From the IMG/VR virus record IMGVR_UViG_3300038316_000118, positions 430 through 64,429 of that record: a stretch of DNA of 64,000 nucleotides. One strand, given 5' to 3'. This DNA comes from a virus. The translations under genes were made by a program, and so were the position numbers. The notes beneath the pieces were generated by a model that did no database searches, was not told the origin of the DNA, and saw nothing but the letters and a program-made list of their open reading frames with translations. Positions 9,959 through 18,074 of this stretch are shown here, one piece after another (position 1 is the first letter of the stretch; every line of letters begins with the position of its first letter).

Positions 9959-10327
9959 ATGCTGAGCATTGAAATAGCGAAGAAGTTAAAAGATGCGGGG
10001 CTCAAGTGGGATCCAAAACTCCGGGACCCTTTTTACTATCGGGAGGATGATGATTGGGAAATGGACGTGCTAAATAAACAAGACATGCAAGAGGCAACAT
10101 CTGAAGTTGACGAGTATATAGCGGATTGGGTTTTCGCTCCCCGGCTGGACCAGACGCTGGCATATATGGAGGAGCAAGGCTACAAGGTGGAATCCACGCA
10201 GGACGCATGTTATATATTCCACCCGGAAAAGAGCTCATACTGGCGGGAATTTCTTGCGGAGAACCGTATAAATGCCGCTGCGGAAGCCTTGTTATACATT
10301 CTTGAGGGGAGGACTACCCATGAATAA
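9959..10327 (+). CDS. Hypothetical protein
   Basis: RBS, ORF. Confidence 0.6.
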   Translation: MLSIEIAKKLKDAGLKWDPKLRDPFYYREDDDWEMDVLNKQDMQEATSEVDEYIADWVFAPRLDQTLAYMEEQGYKVESTQDACYIFHPEKSSYWREFLAENRINAAAEALLYILEGRTTHE

Positions 10328-10553
10328 ACAAGCTGAACGGGAAATCCATTGCGACAAATACTGCCGCCAATACCGGCGCTGCACTGTCCACTGGGGAACC
10401 GAATGCAAGCGGCAGGGCGGCCGCAGAATACCGAGGATGAAGTCGTACCCGCATGAGTTTGCGGCAGAGGTGGAACCCCCGGTAACACAGGAGAAGAGAA
10501 ACCGGTTTAAAGAGGTAATAAACACGGCGAGGGCTAAGGTGGCTAATTGGTAA
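10320..10553 (+). CDS. Small Cys-rich hypothetical protein
   Basis: GAGG RBS; C/H-rich N-terminus. Confidence 0.5.
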   Translation: MNKQAEREIHCDKYCRQYRRCTVHWGTECKRQGGRRIPRMKSYPHEFAAEVEPPVTQEKRNRFKEVINTARAKVANW

Positions 10554-10567
10554 GAAGGAGTGAAAGT

Positions 10568-10912
10568 ATGAAGAAATTGAACATAGGGCAAGTCCTCGCG
10601 CACAAAGAAGATATTGAATTTGAGGGATTTTTAGGAAGTAAAAAACTAATCAAAGCAGGGACTAAGGTTTATGTTGGTGCAGATAAATTTGCGCATTACC
10701 TAAATGGAATAATTCAGCCGTTAGGGGAATGCAATAAAGAAGGGTATTCAGTTAAAGGCATAGCGGATTGGGTGTATATGTGGGTATCAGCCCGTTTACC
10801 CATAGATGAGTTTTTAGATAGTTATGAGATTTCAAAAGCAGAATTTAAAGAACATATAGAAGATGCATTAGAGGAACTTGGAATGTGGGATAACACAGGT
10901 AATAGGAGTTAA
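10568..10912 (+). CDS. Hypothetical protein
   Basis: AAGGAG RBS, ORF. Confidence 0.6.
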   Translation: MKKLNIGQVLAHKEDIEFEGFLGSKKLIKAGTKVYVGADKFAHYLNGIIQPLGECNKEGYSVKGIADWVYMWVSARLPIDEFLDSYEISKAEFKEHIEDALEELGMWDNTGNRS

Positions 10913-10970
10913 GTCTTTTGACACCCCCCGGCGGCAGGGTTAAGCCGATAAGTTTAGGGAGGGTAATGGC

Positions 10971-11486
10971 ATGAGCAAGAAGCAGAATAGGAAGTCGATG
11001 CCTGAGTGGAAAAAGCTAGTAGACAGGGATATGCGGCTATATCTTACCTGGGGCCGGGTAATGGAACATCAGGCCGATCTGCTCCTTGCCCTTGAACTTA
11101 CAGGGGCGAGGGTGACGCCTGTATACGAACTGCGCGAGGGCTCTGCCAGCGGCCCTGCGATAAATCAAATAGAGAAGATTGCTGTTACAAGGGATTTTGC
11201 CCGGAAGAAAATTACTGTCGGTCAGCAGTACCGGGCAAACATGGAAGAGATAGTGCGGATTGCGGCCGGAGGCGACCCGGACAAAGAAACTTTTATCCAC
11301 CGGTACTGGTGGACCAAGGAAACCACTATTAGGGAGAGAGGCGCTCTGGTTGTTGCGGCTCTGCCATTCCTGGCTCACAGATCGTGGAAAACCGGGAAAA
11401 TCGGGAAGCCAAACAGCACGTTTTATGCCTGGAGAGCGGAGATGTATGAGAAAATCGGAGAACTGCTGGGGTATTACGGAGAGTAA
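10971..11486 (+). CDS. Probable late-gene transcriptional activator (ArpU/RinA-like)
   Basis: Last gene of the early rightward block; C-terminal STFYAWRAEMYEKIGELLG resembles the family's HTH end. Confidence 0.5.
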   Translation: MSKKQNRKSMPEWKKLVDRDMRLYLTWGRVMEHQADLLLALELTGARVTPVYELREGSASGPAINQIEKIAVTRDFARKKITVGQQYRANMEEIVRIAAGGDPDKETFIHRYWWTKETTIRERGALVVAALPFLAHRSWKTGKIGKPNSTFYAWRAEMYEKIGELLGYYGE

Positions 11487-11593
11487 TCAGACTTGCCCCT
11501 GGCGCCGGGGCAGGAAACATAATTTTAAAAGAAAGGTGGTGGATCCTCCGAGGCCAATATATATGGCGAATACAATATGCTACACAGGGACTG

Positions 11594-11626
11594 GAGAAAG
11601 CCGGGCTATGCGCCCGGCTTTTCTCT
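11594..11626 (+). terminator. Rho-independent terminator
   Basis: GAGAAAGCCGGG / CCCGGCTTTTCTC stem with T-run. Confidence 0.7.
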
Positions 11627-11644
11627 GCAAGATTTCGCTCTTTC

Positions 11645-11673
11645 TTGACCGTTTCTATATTTTGGCCTAAAAT
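11645..11673 (+). promoter_or_regulatory. Sigma-A-like promoter
   Basis: TTGACC-17 bp-TAAAAT. Confidence 0.55.
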
Positions 11674-11833
11674 ATCTTTAAATCTTGCGAAGGAATTGAA
11701 ATTATACCATTCTCCATCGTCTAAATTGACGCAAAAGTTTTAGTTTACCTAACGCAAGTTGAAGATCATGGTTTTTAGCTTACCTGCTCTTTTCGGAGAG
11801 CAAAGGGATTGAAACAAACCAAAAACCCAAACA

Positions 11834-11861
11834 AAGAGGCCCGTTTAATTACGGGCCTCTT
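11834..11861. terminator. Terminator hairpin, T-tract on the minus strand, possibly bidirectional
   Basis: Perfect 11-bp stem AAGAGGCCCGT / ACGGGCCTCTT with a 6-nt loop. Confidence 0.7.
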
Positions 11862-11922
11862 CTATGCGCTATTCCTCTTGGTATAGCCTCCGCAAGTGAT
11901 GCGTCCTGTGTATGACACCGGG

Positions 11923-12093
11923 CTACTTCTTTTGCTGCCGGATTACCTTTACAAAAAGTTCATTTATCGCCCGTTCGATGACGGCAGTTTTTGTAGTCTC
12001 CAGTATCTCCACTAGCTCCGTAAGCTTATCGTTGGCCTCTTGGGATATTTGGCTACTTAGTCTTACATATGACTTGGCTGTACTCTTTGCCAT
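11923..12093 (-). CDS. Ribbon-helix-helix DNA-binding protein (56 aa)
   Basis: MAKSTAKSYVRLSSQISQEANDKLTELVEILETTKTAVIERAINELF; GGAGG RBS. Confidence 0.65.
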   Translation of the reverse strand: MAKSTAKSYVRLSSQISQEANDKLTELVEILETTKTAVIERAINELFVKVIRQQKK

Positions 12094-12117
12094 AGTCTTA
12101 CCTCCGTTTTTCTTTGA

Positions 12118-13056
12118 TTATACCACGGTGTGGGTGGGCGTACCTAATAGATTGTCTCCTGGACCGTAGACAGTGTGCTGGCGTTGCAGATCTTCGACCA
12201 GCATATGGATATATTTTTTTGTCATGTCCAGGGTGCTGTGACCCATTATTCGTTGCAAGACAAACGGATTGCCGCCGTTCCGGAGAAAGAATAGAGCAAA
12301 AGTATGCCTAAAAACATGAGGGCGGACAGGGGTATTTGCAATTTCTGCAATCTTGCCGTATTTTTTGAAATTCATGCGCACAGCAGCAGAAGTAATAACC
12401 CGCTGCGTGTATTCGCCAAAAAATATGTGGCTAGTATCGCCCAACTGCTTTTCATCTATCCATGATTTTAAGGATTCTCCCAACCGATTCCCGAAAGGAA
12501 CCAGTCTATCCTTTTTCCCCTTCCCATGTACCTTGAGAAGGTGCTGTGAAAAATCAATAGTATTTACTCGCTGCCCCAGGGCCTCTGAAATTCTAAGCCC
12601 TGTATCAAGCAGTAACAGTATTAGTAACCTATCCCGCCGGCCAACAAAAGTATGTTGGCCTGGCACCGCCAAAAGTTTTTGTGCCTGCTCTTCAGTGAAG
12701 CTTTCTATAATCGTTTCTCTTTCAGCCAGTTTTTTTATATTTTTGGTTGGGTTTCTCTTAAAGCCCTCTGATTCTTCTAGGAACATATACATGGCCTTTA
12801 AAGCCTTGATGTGCGAATTTATTGTTGCTGGGCTTATGGTTCCAGGTTTACCGTCCATACGGGGACGGGTGCGAAGAAACGCCAGGTATTCTTGAATAGT
12901 TTTATAACTTATTTCCTCAATTGAGGAAATAGAATTTTCTTCCAGATAACAGGAAAATAAATTAAGCCTCTCGTAATACCCGTTGGTAGTAGAGGAAGAA
13001 TAGTTTAAATTATCCAGGTACGATATAGCGCCATCTATGACGCGATCAATTTCCAT
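12118..13056 (-). CDS. Tyrosine recombinase (XerC/D-like)
   Basis: All catalytic residues present: GLRISE, GKGKK, HVFRH, MGH, KKY; N-terminal core-binding domain. Confidence 0.92.
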   Translation of the reverse strand: MEIDRVIDGAISYLDNLNYSSSTTNGYYERLNLFSCYLEENSISSIEEISYKTIQEYLAFLRTRPRMDGKPGTISPATINSHIKALKAMYMFLEESEGFKRNPTKNIKKLAERETIIESFTEEQAQKLLAVPGQHTFVGRRDRLLILLLLDTGLRISEALGQRVNTIDFSQHLLKVHGKGKKDRLVPFGNRLGESLKSWIDEKQLGDTSHIFFGEYTQRVITSAAVRMNFKKYGKIAEIANTPVRPHVFRHTFALFFLRNGGNPFVLQRIMGHSTLDMTKKYIHMLVEDLQRQHTVYGPGDNLLGTPTHTVV

Positions 13057-14530
13057 TACAAAAACCCCTTTTCGCCATGATATGGCGAATAACCATAGTA
13101 ACTGCATGTTGGCTAGCATATTTTGACAACTCTTGCAGAGTTACGTTTTCGCGTCCCGGAAAATACTGGTCTCTGAAGTGTTCGGTTCCTAACCGGCAGT
13201 TACCTGCGGCAAGGCTATCCTCTATGGTAACAATATAATCGCTGTGTTTTTCAACGAACTTTTTCATGCCTTTTGCTTTCCGACGTTCTTCGTAACCGGG
13301 GTCAAGCCGGTATAAAAGAGCTTTTCTCCGTTTTAAGAGCACTGCTTTCCGTAATGATTCCGCAATAGCAAGGGAATCAAAACCATATAAAACAGTGGGA
13401 ACCTCTATTTCGTATTCCCAGAACAACTTTTCTCCTGCGTTCACTCCCCCAAGACTCACCCTGAGATTGGGGTCGATTTTTAAATCCCGTTCCTCCGCGG
13501 GTTTGATGGCTACACAATAACACATATCCTTGCGCTTCTTTACCAGGACACTCACTCCGCTCGTAAGCGGGAAAAAGGACTTATTGTCCCAGTATCTCTC
13601 CACCGGGGCAATAGGGTCAGTAACCTCTGGACAATAATGCTCATTGGTACTAAACATGGGTATAGGGTCTTGCCCGAAACCATGAACAAAGGGGTCTTCC
13701 GGAAATGCATACAAAATCCGCTTATCAGGGGATAGCACGGCATACACCGGCTTTCTTCCCTTCCTAAAAATCCGGTGTACGGAAAACATAGAATGCCAGG
13801 GAGAAATATCAAAATACACCGGTCTCATAAACCGAGTATCCAAGAAATGCAATACGTCCAAGCGGGACACGCGCTTATCCTTACCTGGCGCATGGTAAAC
13901 AGGGTAAGATATCTCCTTAACAAGCCAGGATTCATCATAAGGGTTGCTCACCCAACGCTGAGAAAACTCCTGCTTTTCCATTCCCGCTTCCTGAGCGATA
14001 CGCTCTACCAGTGGTAAAAAGGAAACGCTTTCCCCGCTGAGTGCTAAATTCAGCGTCGTTTTTAAAATGGCATGGAGCGTATCCCCTGCACTCCACCCCC
14101 TACAAACAAATAAAGCCTGCTGTAAGTCTTGGGTTCCGACGGCCTTCTTATAGCCGTCCTGGAGAACAAAATATATCTTATGGTCCTTTTCGTTCTCCAA
14201 AGAAGAATGACCAGCTGAAGGGTAATAGATATGGAGAAATATGCCCGGCAAGAGCTCCTGTGCGGGCACTCTCGTAATGGGTTTCCAAGCTAAATCGGTT
14301 CTGTACGAACTAACGAAGAATGCTGAGGGAGGTAAAAACGCATACCCAGCGCCGGAAAGCCCTGAACAAGAACGATAATAGTTTTTCCCTCCCAATTCTT
14401 CGTGAGCTTCCTCTGTATCGTGTTCATAATTCACAAAAAACACACTGTGATCATTGAGGTTCAATAACTCAATATCACATATAATATCAGCGTCTCCGCC
14501 GCTCCAAGCTAAATCAGTTCTATTTCTCAT
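13046..14530 (-). CDS. Hypothetical protein (494 aa), overlapping the recombinase start
   Basis: AAAGGAG RBS, ATG at 14530; stop codon overlaps the recombinase 5' end. Confidence 0.7.
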   Translation of the reverse strand: MRNRTDLAWSGGDADIICDIELLNLNDHSVFFVNYEHDTEEAHEELGGKNYYRSCSGLSGAGYAFLPPSAFFVSSYRTDLAWKPITRVPAQELLPGIFLHIYYPSAGHSSLENEKDHKIYFVLQDGYKKAVGTQDLQQALFVCRGWSAGDTLHAILKTTLNLALSGESVSFLPLVERIAQEAGMEKQEFSQRWVSNPYDESWLVKEISYPVYHAPGKDKRVSRLDVLHFLDTRFMRPVYFDISPWHSMFSVHRIFRKGRKPVYAVLSPDKRILYAFPEDPFVHGFGQDPIPMFSTNEHYCPEVTDPIAPVERYWDNKSFFPLTSGVSVLVKKRKDMCYCVAIKPAEERDLKIDPNLRVSLGGVNAGEKLFWEYEIEVPTVLYGFDSLAIAESLRKAVLLKRRKALLYRLDPGYEERRKAKGMKKFVEKHSDYIVTIEDSLAAGNCRLGTEHFRDQYFPGRENVTLQELSKYASQHAVTMVIRHIMAKRGFCNGN

Positions 14531-14594
14531 GCTTTTGCTCCTTTCCTTTAAGGGGGCCGCCATGATAAAATTTACACGACGGCCCCGGTCGTCA

Positions 14595-15083
14595 CTACTC
14601 AGCAGCGGTGGGTTCTTGCTGTCCAGGCTGGCCTGCCGCTTCTGTATTTATCAACGCCAAAAGCTGTTCGCGCCCTGCCGAGCGCTTTTCCATCTGCTCC
14701 AGCACAATGGGCAACCATTCCAATATGACTTGCACCATATACCAGAAGTCGCTGCCGGAATAACCGCTCACTGGGTTCCCCCAGACTGGCATTCCGAAGC
14801 CGCACTGGTCGGCAAAGTAGAAACCCTCGCTCTCAGAACAATCGTGCCCATAGTGCCAGTCATACCGGAAGTAGATGCTGGTGTTGAGCTTGCCGGTATC
14901 GGCATCCCTGCGCTGCACATAGACGGCGTTCATGTCGTCGTAACCTTTGCCCCAAATATCAGGGGCCACTTCAAGCAAAATTTCTTTAACCTTGCTAATG
15001 AAATCAATGGCCACTGCCCGGCGCTTTTTCTCGCCATCCAACATGCGCTGTACTGCCTCTTCGAGCTTCTGTAGGTTTTTCAT
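14595..15083 (-). CDS. Hypothetical accessory protein
   Basis: AAAGGAG RBS, ORF. Confidence 0.7.
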   Translation of the reverse strand: MKNLQKLEEAVQRMLDGEKKRRAVAIDFISKVKEILLEVAPDIWGKGYDDMNAVYVQRRDADTGKLNTSIYFRYDWHYGHDCSESEGFYFADQCGFGMPVWGNPVSGYSGSDFWYMVQVILEWLPIVLEQMEKRSAGREQLLALINTEAAGQPGQQEPTAAE

Positions 15084-15189
15084 AGCAAACTCCTTTCCCG
15101 ACCTGGTTTATTCCCCCAGGCCCACAGCGGTTAGGCCGCCACCCTGATTCCTTCGCCGCCCCGTACTGAGGCGGCAGGTAGGCTAAAAA

Positions 15190-15456
15190 CTATGGCTGCA
15201 TAAACCATGCTAAATCACTGTCTGAAAAATCTTGAATCTGCTCATATTCTTCCTGAGATATTTCTTTTCCGTGCCACATGTCTTTCGACATGCGTCCTAT
15301 GGTAAAAAGAAACAACTTCTCCTTCTGTTCCAACACGACGAAGCTGTCATGAGATTCTCCTATGCGTCCTTGGGGGACGCGCCGCCAAAGTTGATTTTCT
15401 CCTCCCTCTCTGCGGAGAACCGGAGGCATCCCTGTGATCTTCTGTTCATATATCAT
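15190..15456 (-). CDS. Small hypothetical accessory protein
   Basis: AAAGGGG RBS, ORF. Confidence 0.65.
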   Translation of the reverse strand: MIYEQKITGMPPVLRREGGENQLWRRVPQGRIGESHDSFVVLEQKEKLFLFTIGRMSKDMWHGKEISQEEYEQIQDFSDSDLAWFMQP

Positions 15457-15511
15457 TTCCCAAACCCCTTTCAAATGCTATTCCTTTAGGGGCTTGCGCC
15501 CCATAGGTAGT

Positions 15512-16168
15512 CTAAAAACTATGGTGCCAATCATGCCGAGTACTGCCATCCGGCATGGCATACTCGCGGTGGACGTCTGTACTGCATTCTTCGCGGGGGT
15601 CGCAACACGGCTCTGTCCACTGGTAGAGTAAAACCGGTTTCCCGGTGGCCTTCGCCTCGTCGAATTTGCCTTGGCGCTCAGCCTCCTGCTGGGCTTTCTT
15701 TTCGACGATGCCCGCTTGCCGACCATCATGTATGGCTTTGGCGACGGCGTAGAAAAACTCCGGCCCGCCTAGAGTCTCTACTGTGTGCGCATCTATATAT
15801 GTACCCCAGCCCTCCACATATTTCCCTAAACCCAATTCTTCCAGTAGTTCCCGGACTGCCTCGTCGGCTGGCATGTATCCGGATAAAATCTCTCCATCGT
15901 ACCATTGCAACTGTATAGGATATTTCCCGTCGCGCATTTCCTGTTTCGCAGCTTCGTGCGCCGCCTTCTCGGCAGCCTTCTGGTTTTCGCGCTCTGCCTT
16001 CTGCCGTTTTAGTTCGGCTATGATCTCCGGTTTCGCGGCCTTCACTTCGGCAACGATTTTCGCGGCTTTCGGCGGCGCATCCAGCCGCATCATATCTTGC
16101 TCGTCTCTCACGAGCAGGGAAATCTGATATTTTCTGATGTACTCCTGGATTTTTTGTTCTTTTTCCAT
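15512..16168 (-). CDS. Hypothetical accessory protein
   Basis: Start lies inside the 46-bp repeat; C-terminal CCDPREECSTDVH...HDWHH. Confidence 0.7.
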   Translation of the reverse strand: MEKEQKIQEYIRKYQISLLVRDEQDMMRLDAPPKAAKIVAEVKAAKPEIIAELKRQKAERENQKAAEKAAHEAAKQEMRDGKYPIQLQWYDGEILSGYMPADEAVRELLEELGLGKYVEGWGTYIDAHTVETLGGPEFFYAVAKAIHDGRQAGIVEKKAQQEAERQGKFDEAKATGKPVLLYQWTEPCCDPREECSTDVHREYAMPDGSTRHDWHHSF

Positions 16169-16211
16169 TATCTCTTCTCCTTTCGCCCCGCTCCCTCAGA
16201 GCTGCCGGGCT
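16166..16211. repeat. 46-bp perfect direct repeat, copy 1 (copy 2 at 17104-17149)
   Basis: cattatctcttctcctttcgccccgctccctcagagctgccgggct at both positions. Confidence 0.95.
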
Positions 16212-16371
16212 TTTTAGCCATGAGCGCCGCCCCCTACTGAGGGCACCGGACTTGCACCGATCACGCTGAGCGCGGGCCTTGCGGCTACTGCCTGCCGTTC
16301 TACCTGATCCGATTTAAAAGGAAGGACCCCATTAAGGGGACGGAAACTTATGCAAGGTAAACTAAAAAGGA

Positions 16372-16650
16372 TTAAAATTTTGCTACAATTTTAACGCCAC
16401 CATCATCAGCGTCAAGCCAAATTTCATCTCCTTCAATTTCAATTTTTTTCAATTCTTGGAACTTATAATCTGCTAAAATTTCCGCAAAATCAGCGATATT
16501 AGTTTCCGTTTCTCCGTCTTCGGAGACATAAAATATTTTTTTAACTTCTCCTAACCGGGCAAAAAGGTAATTTTTAACTTTTTCATTTGTCTCCATATCA
16601 ACATACGGAGATTTTGCAGATTGATTTAATTCTCCAAAAATATCTGCCAT
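16372..16650 (-). CDS. Small acidic hypothetical protein
   Basis: GGAAGGAG RBS; D/E-rich. Confidence 0.65.
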   Translation of the reverse strand: MADIFGELNQSAKSPYVDMETNEKVKNYLFARLGEVKKIFYVSEDGETETNIADFAEILADYKFQELKKIEIEGDEIWLDADDGGVKIVAKF

Positions 16651-16668
16651 GTTATTCACTCCTTCCAA

Positions 16669-17106
16669 TTAATTCCATGACCGGAGTTCCTGGGGATAAT
16701 AGTTCCCAGTTGCACGATCAAAGTGAAATAATGTTAATGCGATACCGTGCGTTATAGCTGCATTAACTACAGCTATGAGGGCCACCGTTAGTCCAGTGAC
16801 ATAGAGATCTATGCCATCGGATAAGTCCCCAGCGGCCTCCAGAGCCAGGACTGCATCTAGTTCCAGCCCTTTTGTGTCCAGGGGATTTACTTCCCCTGGG
16901 AAAATATAGTTTTCTACCCCGGGGATTTCATGCCGTCCCCGGCAAAGCCCGAACTTTACGGGCTCTCCCTGGATTTGCGAGTCGTAGTACCCGGCAGGCC
17001 GATCGCAAGCCAGGCACCAATACTGGAGATCGTCCTCCAGATACATTATTTCTGCTCCACATCGAGAGCAGAACATTCTTGTTGGGGTTATTTCTTGTAT
17101 TCTCAT
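16669..17106 (-). CDS. Zinc-ribbon plus small alpha/beta domain protein
   Basis: CSRC...CLAC, GLCRGRHEI, LYVTGLT, LFHFDR. Confidence 0.7.
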   Translation of the reverse strand: MRIQEITPTRMFCSRCGAEIMYLEDDLQYWCLACDRPAGYYDSQIQGEPVKFGLCRGRHEIPGVENYIFPGEVNPLDTKGLELDAVLALEAAGDLSDGIDLYVTGLTVALIAVVNAAITHGIALTLFHFDRATGNYYPQELRSWN

Positions 17107-17149
17107 TATCTCTTCTCCTTTCGCCCCGCTCCCTCAGAGCTGCCGGGCT
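17104..17149. repeat. 46-bp perfect direct repeat, copy 2
   Basis: Identical to 16166-16211. Confidence 0.95.
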
Positions 17150-17300
17150 AGTCTTTCTTTTCGGCCCTCTCAAAATATTCTTCCAAGGCTGTGGCAACTA
17201 TCTCAGTTTTCGTCTTTCCGGTGTCCTTAGCGAGCGCCTCTAACTTCTCGTTTAGGGCAACGGGTAATCTGAAATTTAGCTGTACCATTACTTGTGCCAT
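17148..17300 (-). CDS. CopG-like ribbon-helix-helix regulator (50 aa)
   Basis: MAQVMVQLNFRLPVALNEKLEALAKDTGKTKTEIVATALEEYF; AGGAGG RBS. Confidence 0.75.
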   Translation of the reverse strand: MAQVMVQLNFRLPVALNEKLEALAKDTGKTKTEIVATALEEYFERAEKKD

Positions 17301-17332
17301 ATACCTAATCCTCCTTGCTCGTTTTGGGTAAT

Positions 17333-17361
17333 ATTATACGCTTGCTTGCTTTATATTACAA
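17333..17361 (-). promoter_or_regulatory. Sigma-A promoter with GCAA repeats in the spacer
   Basis: TTGTAA-17 bp (tataaagcaagcaagcg)-TATAAT. Confidence 0.7.
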
Positions 17362-17460
17362 GGAGTTGTTGCCCCACGCACCGTCAAATGTTCTTGCTGT
17401 TTTTAACATTTTCATTCGCTTCCTTTCTGCCGGGATTAGCCGCCCGGCCTCGGCTGGTTA

Positions 17461-17793
17461 TTAGTACCTGCTCCTTATGTGCTTCCCTCGCATGTAATCT
17501 ATCCGGGTACATTGCCTAAGTCTCTCGATAAGGCGCTCGTTTGCCTTCCTGGCTGCCTCCCTATCGCCGATGCCTCCGGCTGTGCTAATCCCGTACACAA
17601 AATCCAGCTTTCCTGTCCATCCACATATTTTTGCTATTTTGTTTATCGCTTCCTTTTCCGCCTGCATGGTATCTATCAGCCTTCCGGTATCATCGTCATG
17701 GTGCCAGATGCCAAAGGGGATAGAGCTCACTTTCAAATAATCAGTATCGTTATCCGGGATGCAAATGGGAATGATAACATACTCTATATTCAT
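17461..17793 (-). CDS. Hypothetical accessory protein
   Basis: AAAGGAG RBS, ORF. Confidence 0.65.
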   Translation of the reverse strand: MNIEYVIIPICIPDNDTDYLKVSSIPFGIWHHDDDTGRLIDTMQAEKEAINKIAKICGWTGKLDFVYGISTAGGIGDREAARKANERLIERLRQCTRIDYMRGKHIRSRY

Positions 17794-18045
17794 GCTATCC
17801 GCTCCTTTCTAAAAATCCTCAAGCAAAGCATTTGCCTTGATTCGGGATTCTTAACTTCCGGTTTTGCCCCCGCTTTCTCTTACGTTCTCCTGACTTTACG
17901 GAAACCACCTTATAGGCCAGGTGCGCCATGTACTCGCGGCTTACGGGTATTCTGCTGTGAAAGAGCTAGAGATTTTAACTTTGCGGCTCCCCCTGTTCTT
18001 CGCCGGTGTCTCTCGAACCGCCCGAACCGTCCGGCCTATGATTAA

Positions 18046-18074
18046 ATTATAAAGCAAGCAAGCAAGCAAGTCAA
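18046..18074 (-). promoter_or_regulatory. Near-consensus sigma-A promoter with a (TTGC)n spacer
   Basis: TTGACT-tgcttgcttgcttgctt (17 bp)-TATAAT. Confidence 0.8.

Noticed and set aside
16207-16225. Possible sixth copy of the cassette motif (+ strand TTTTTAGCC)
   Set aside because: It lacks the TACCT half (continues ATGAG), so it was not counted.
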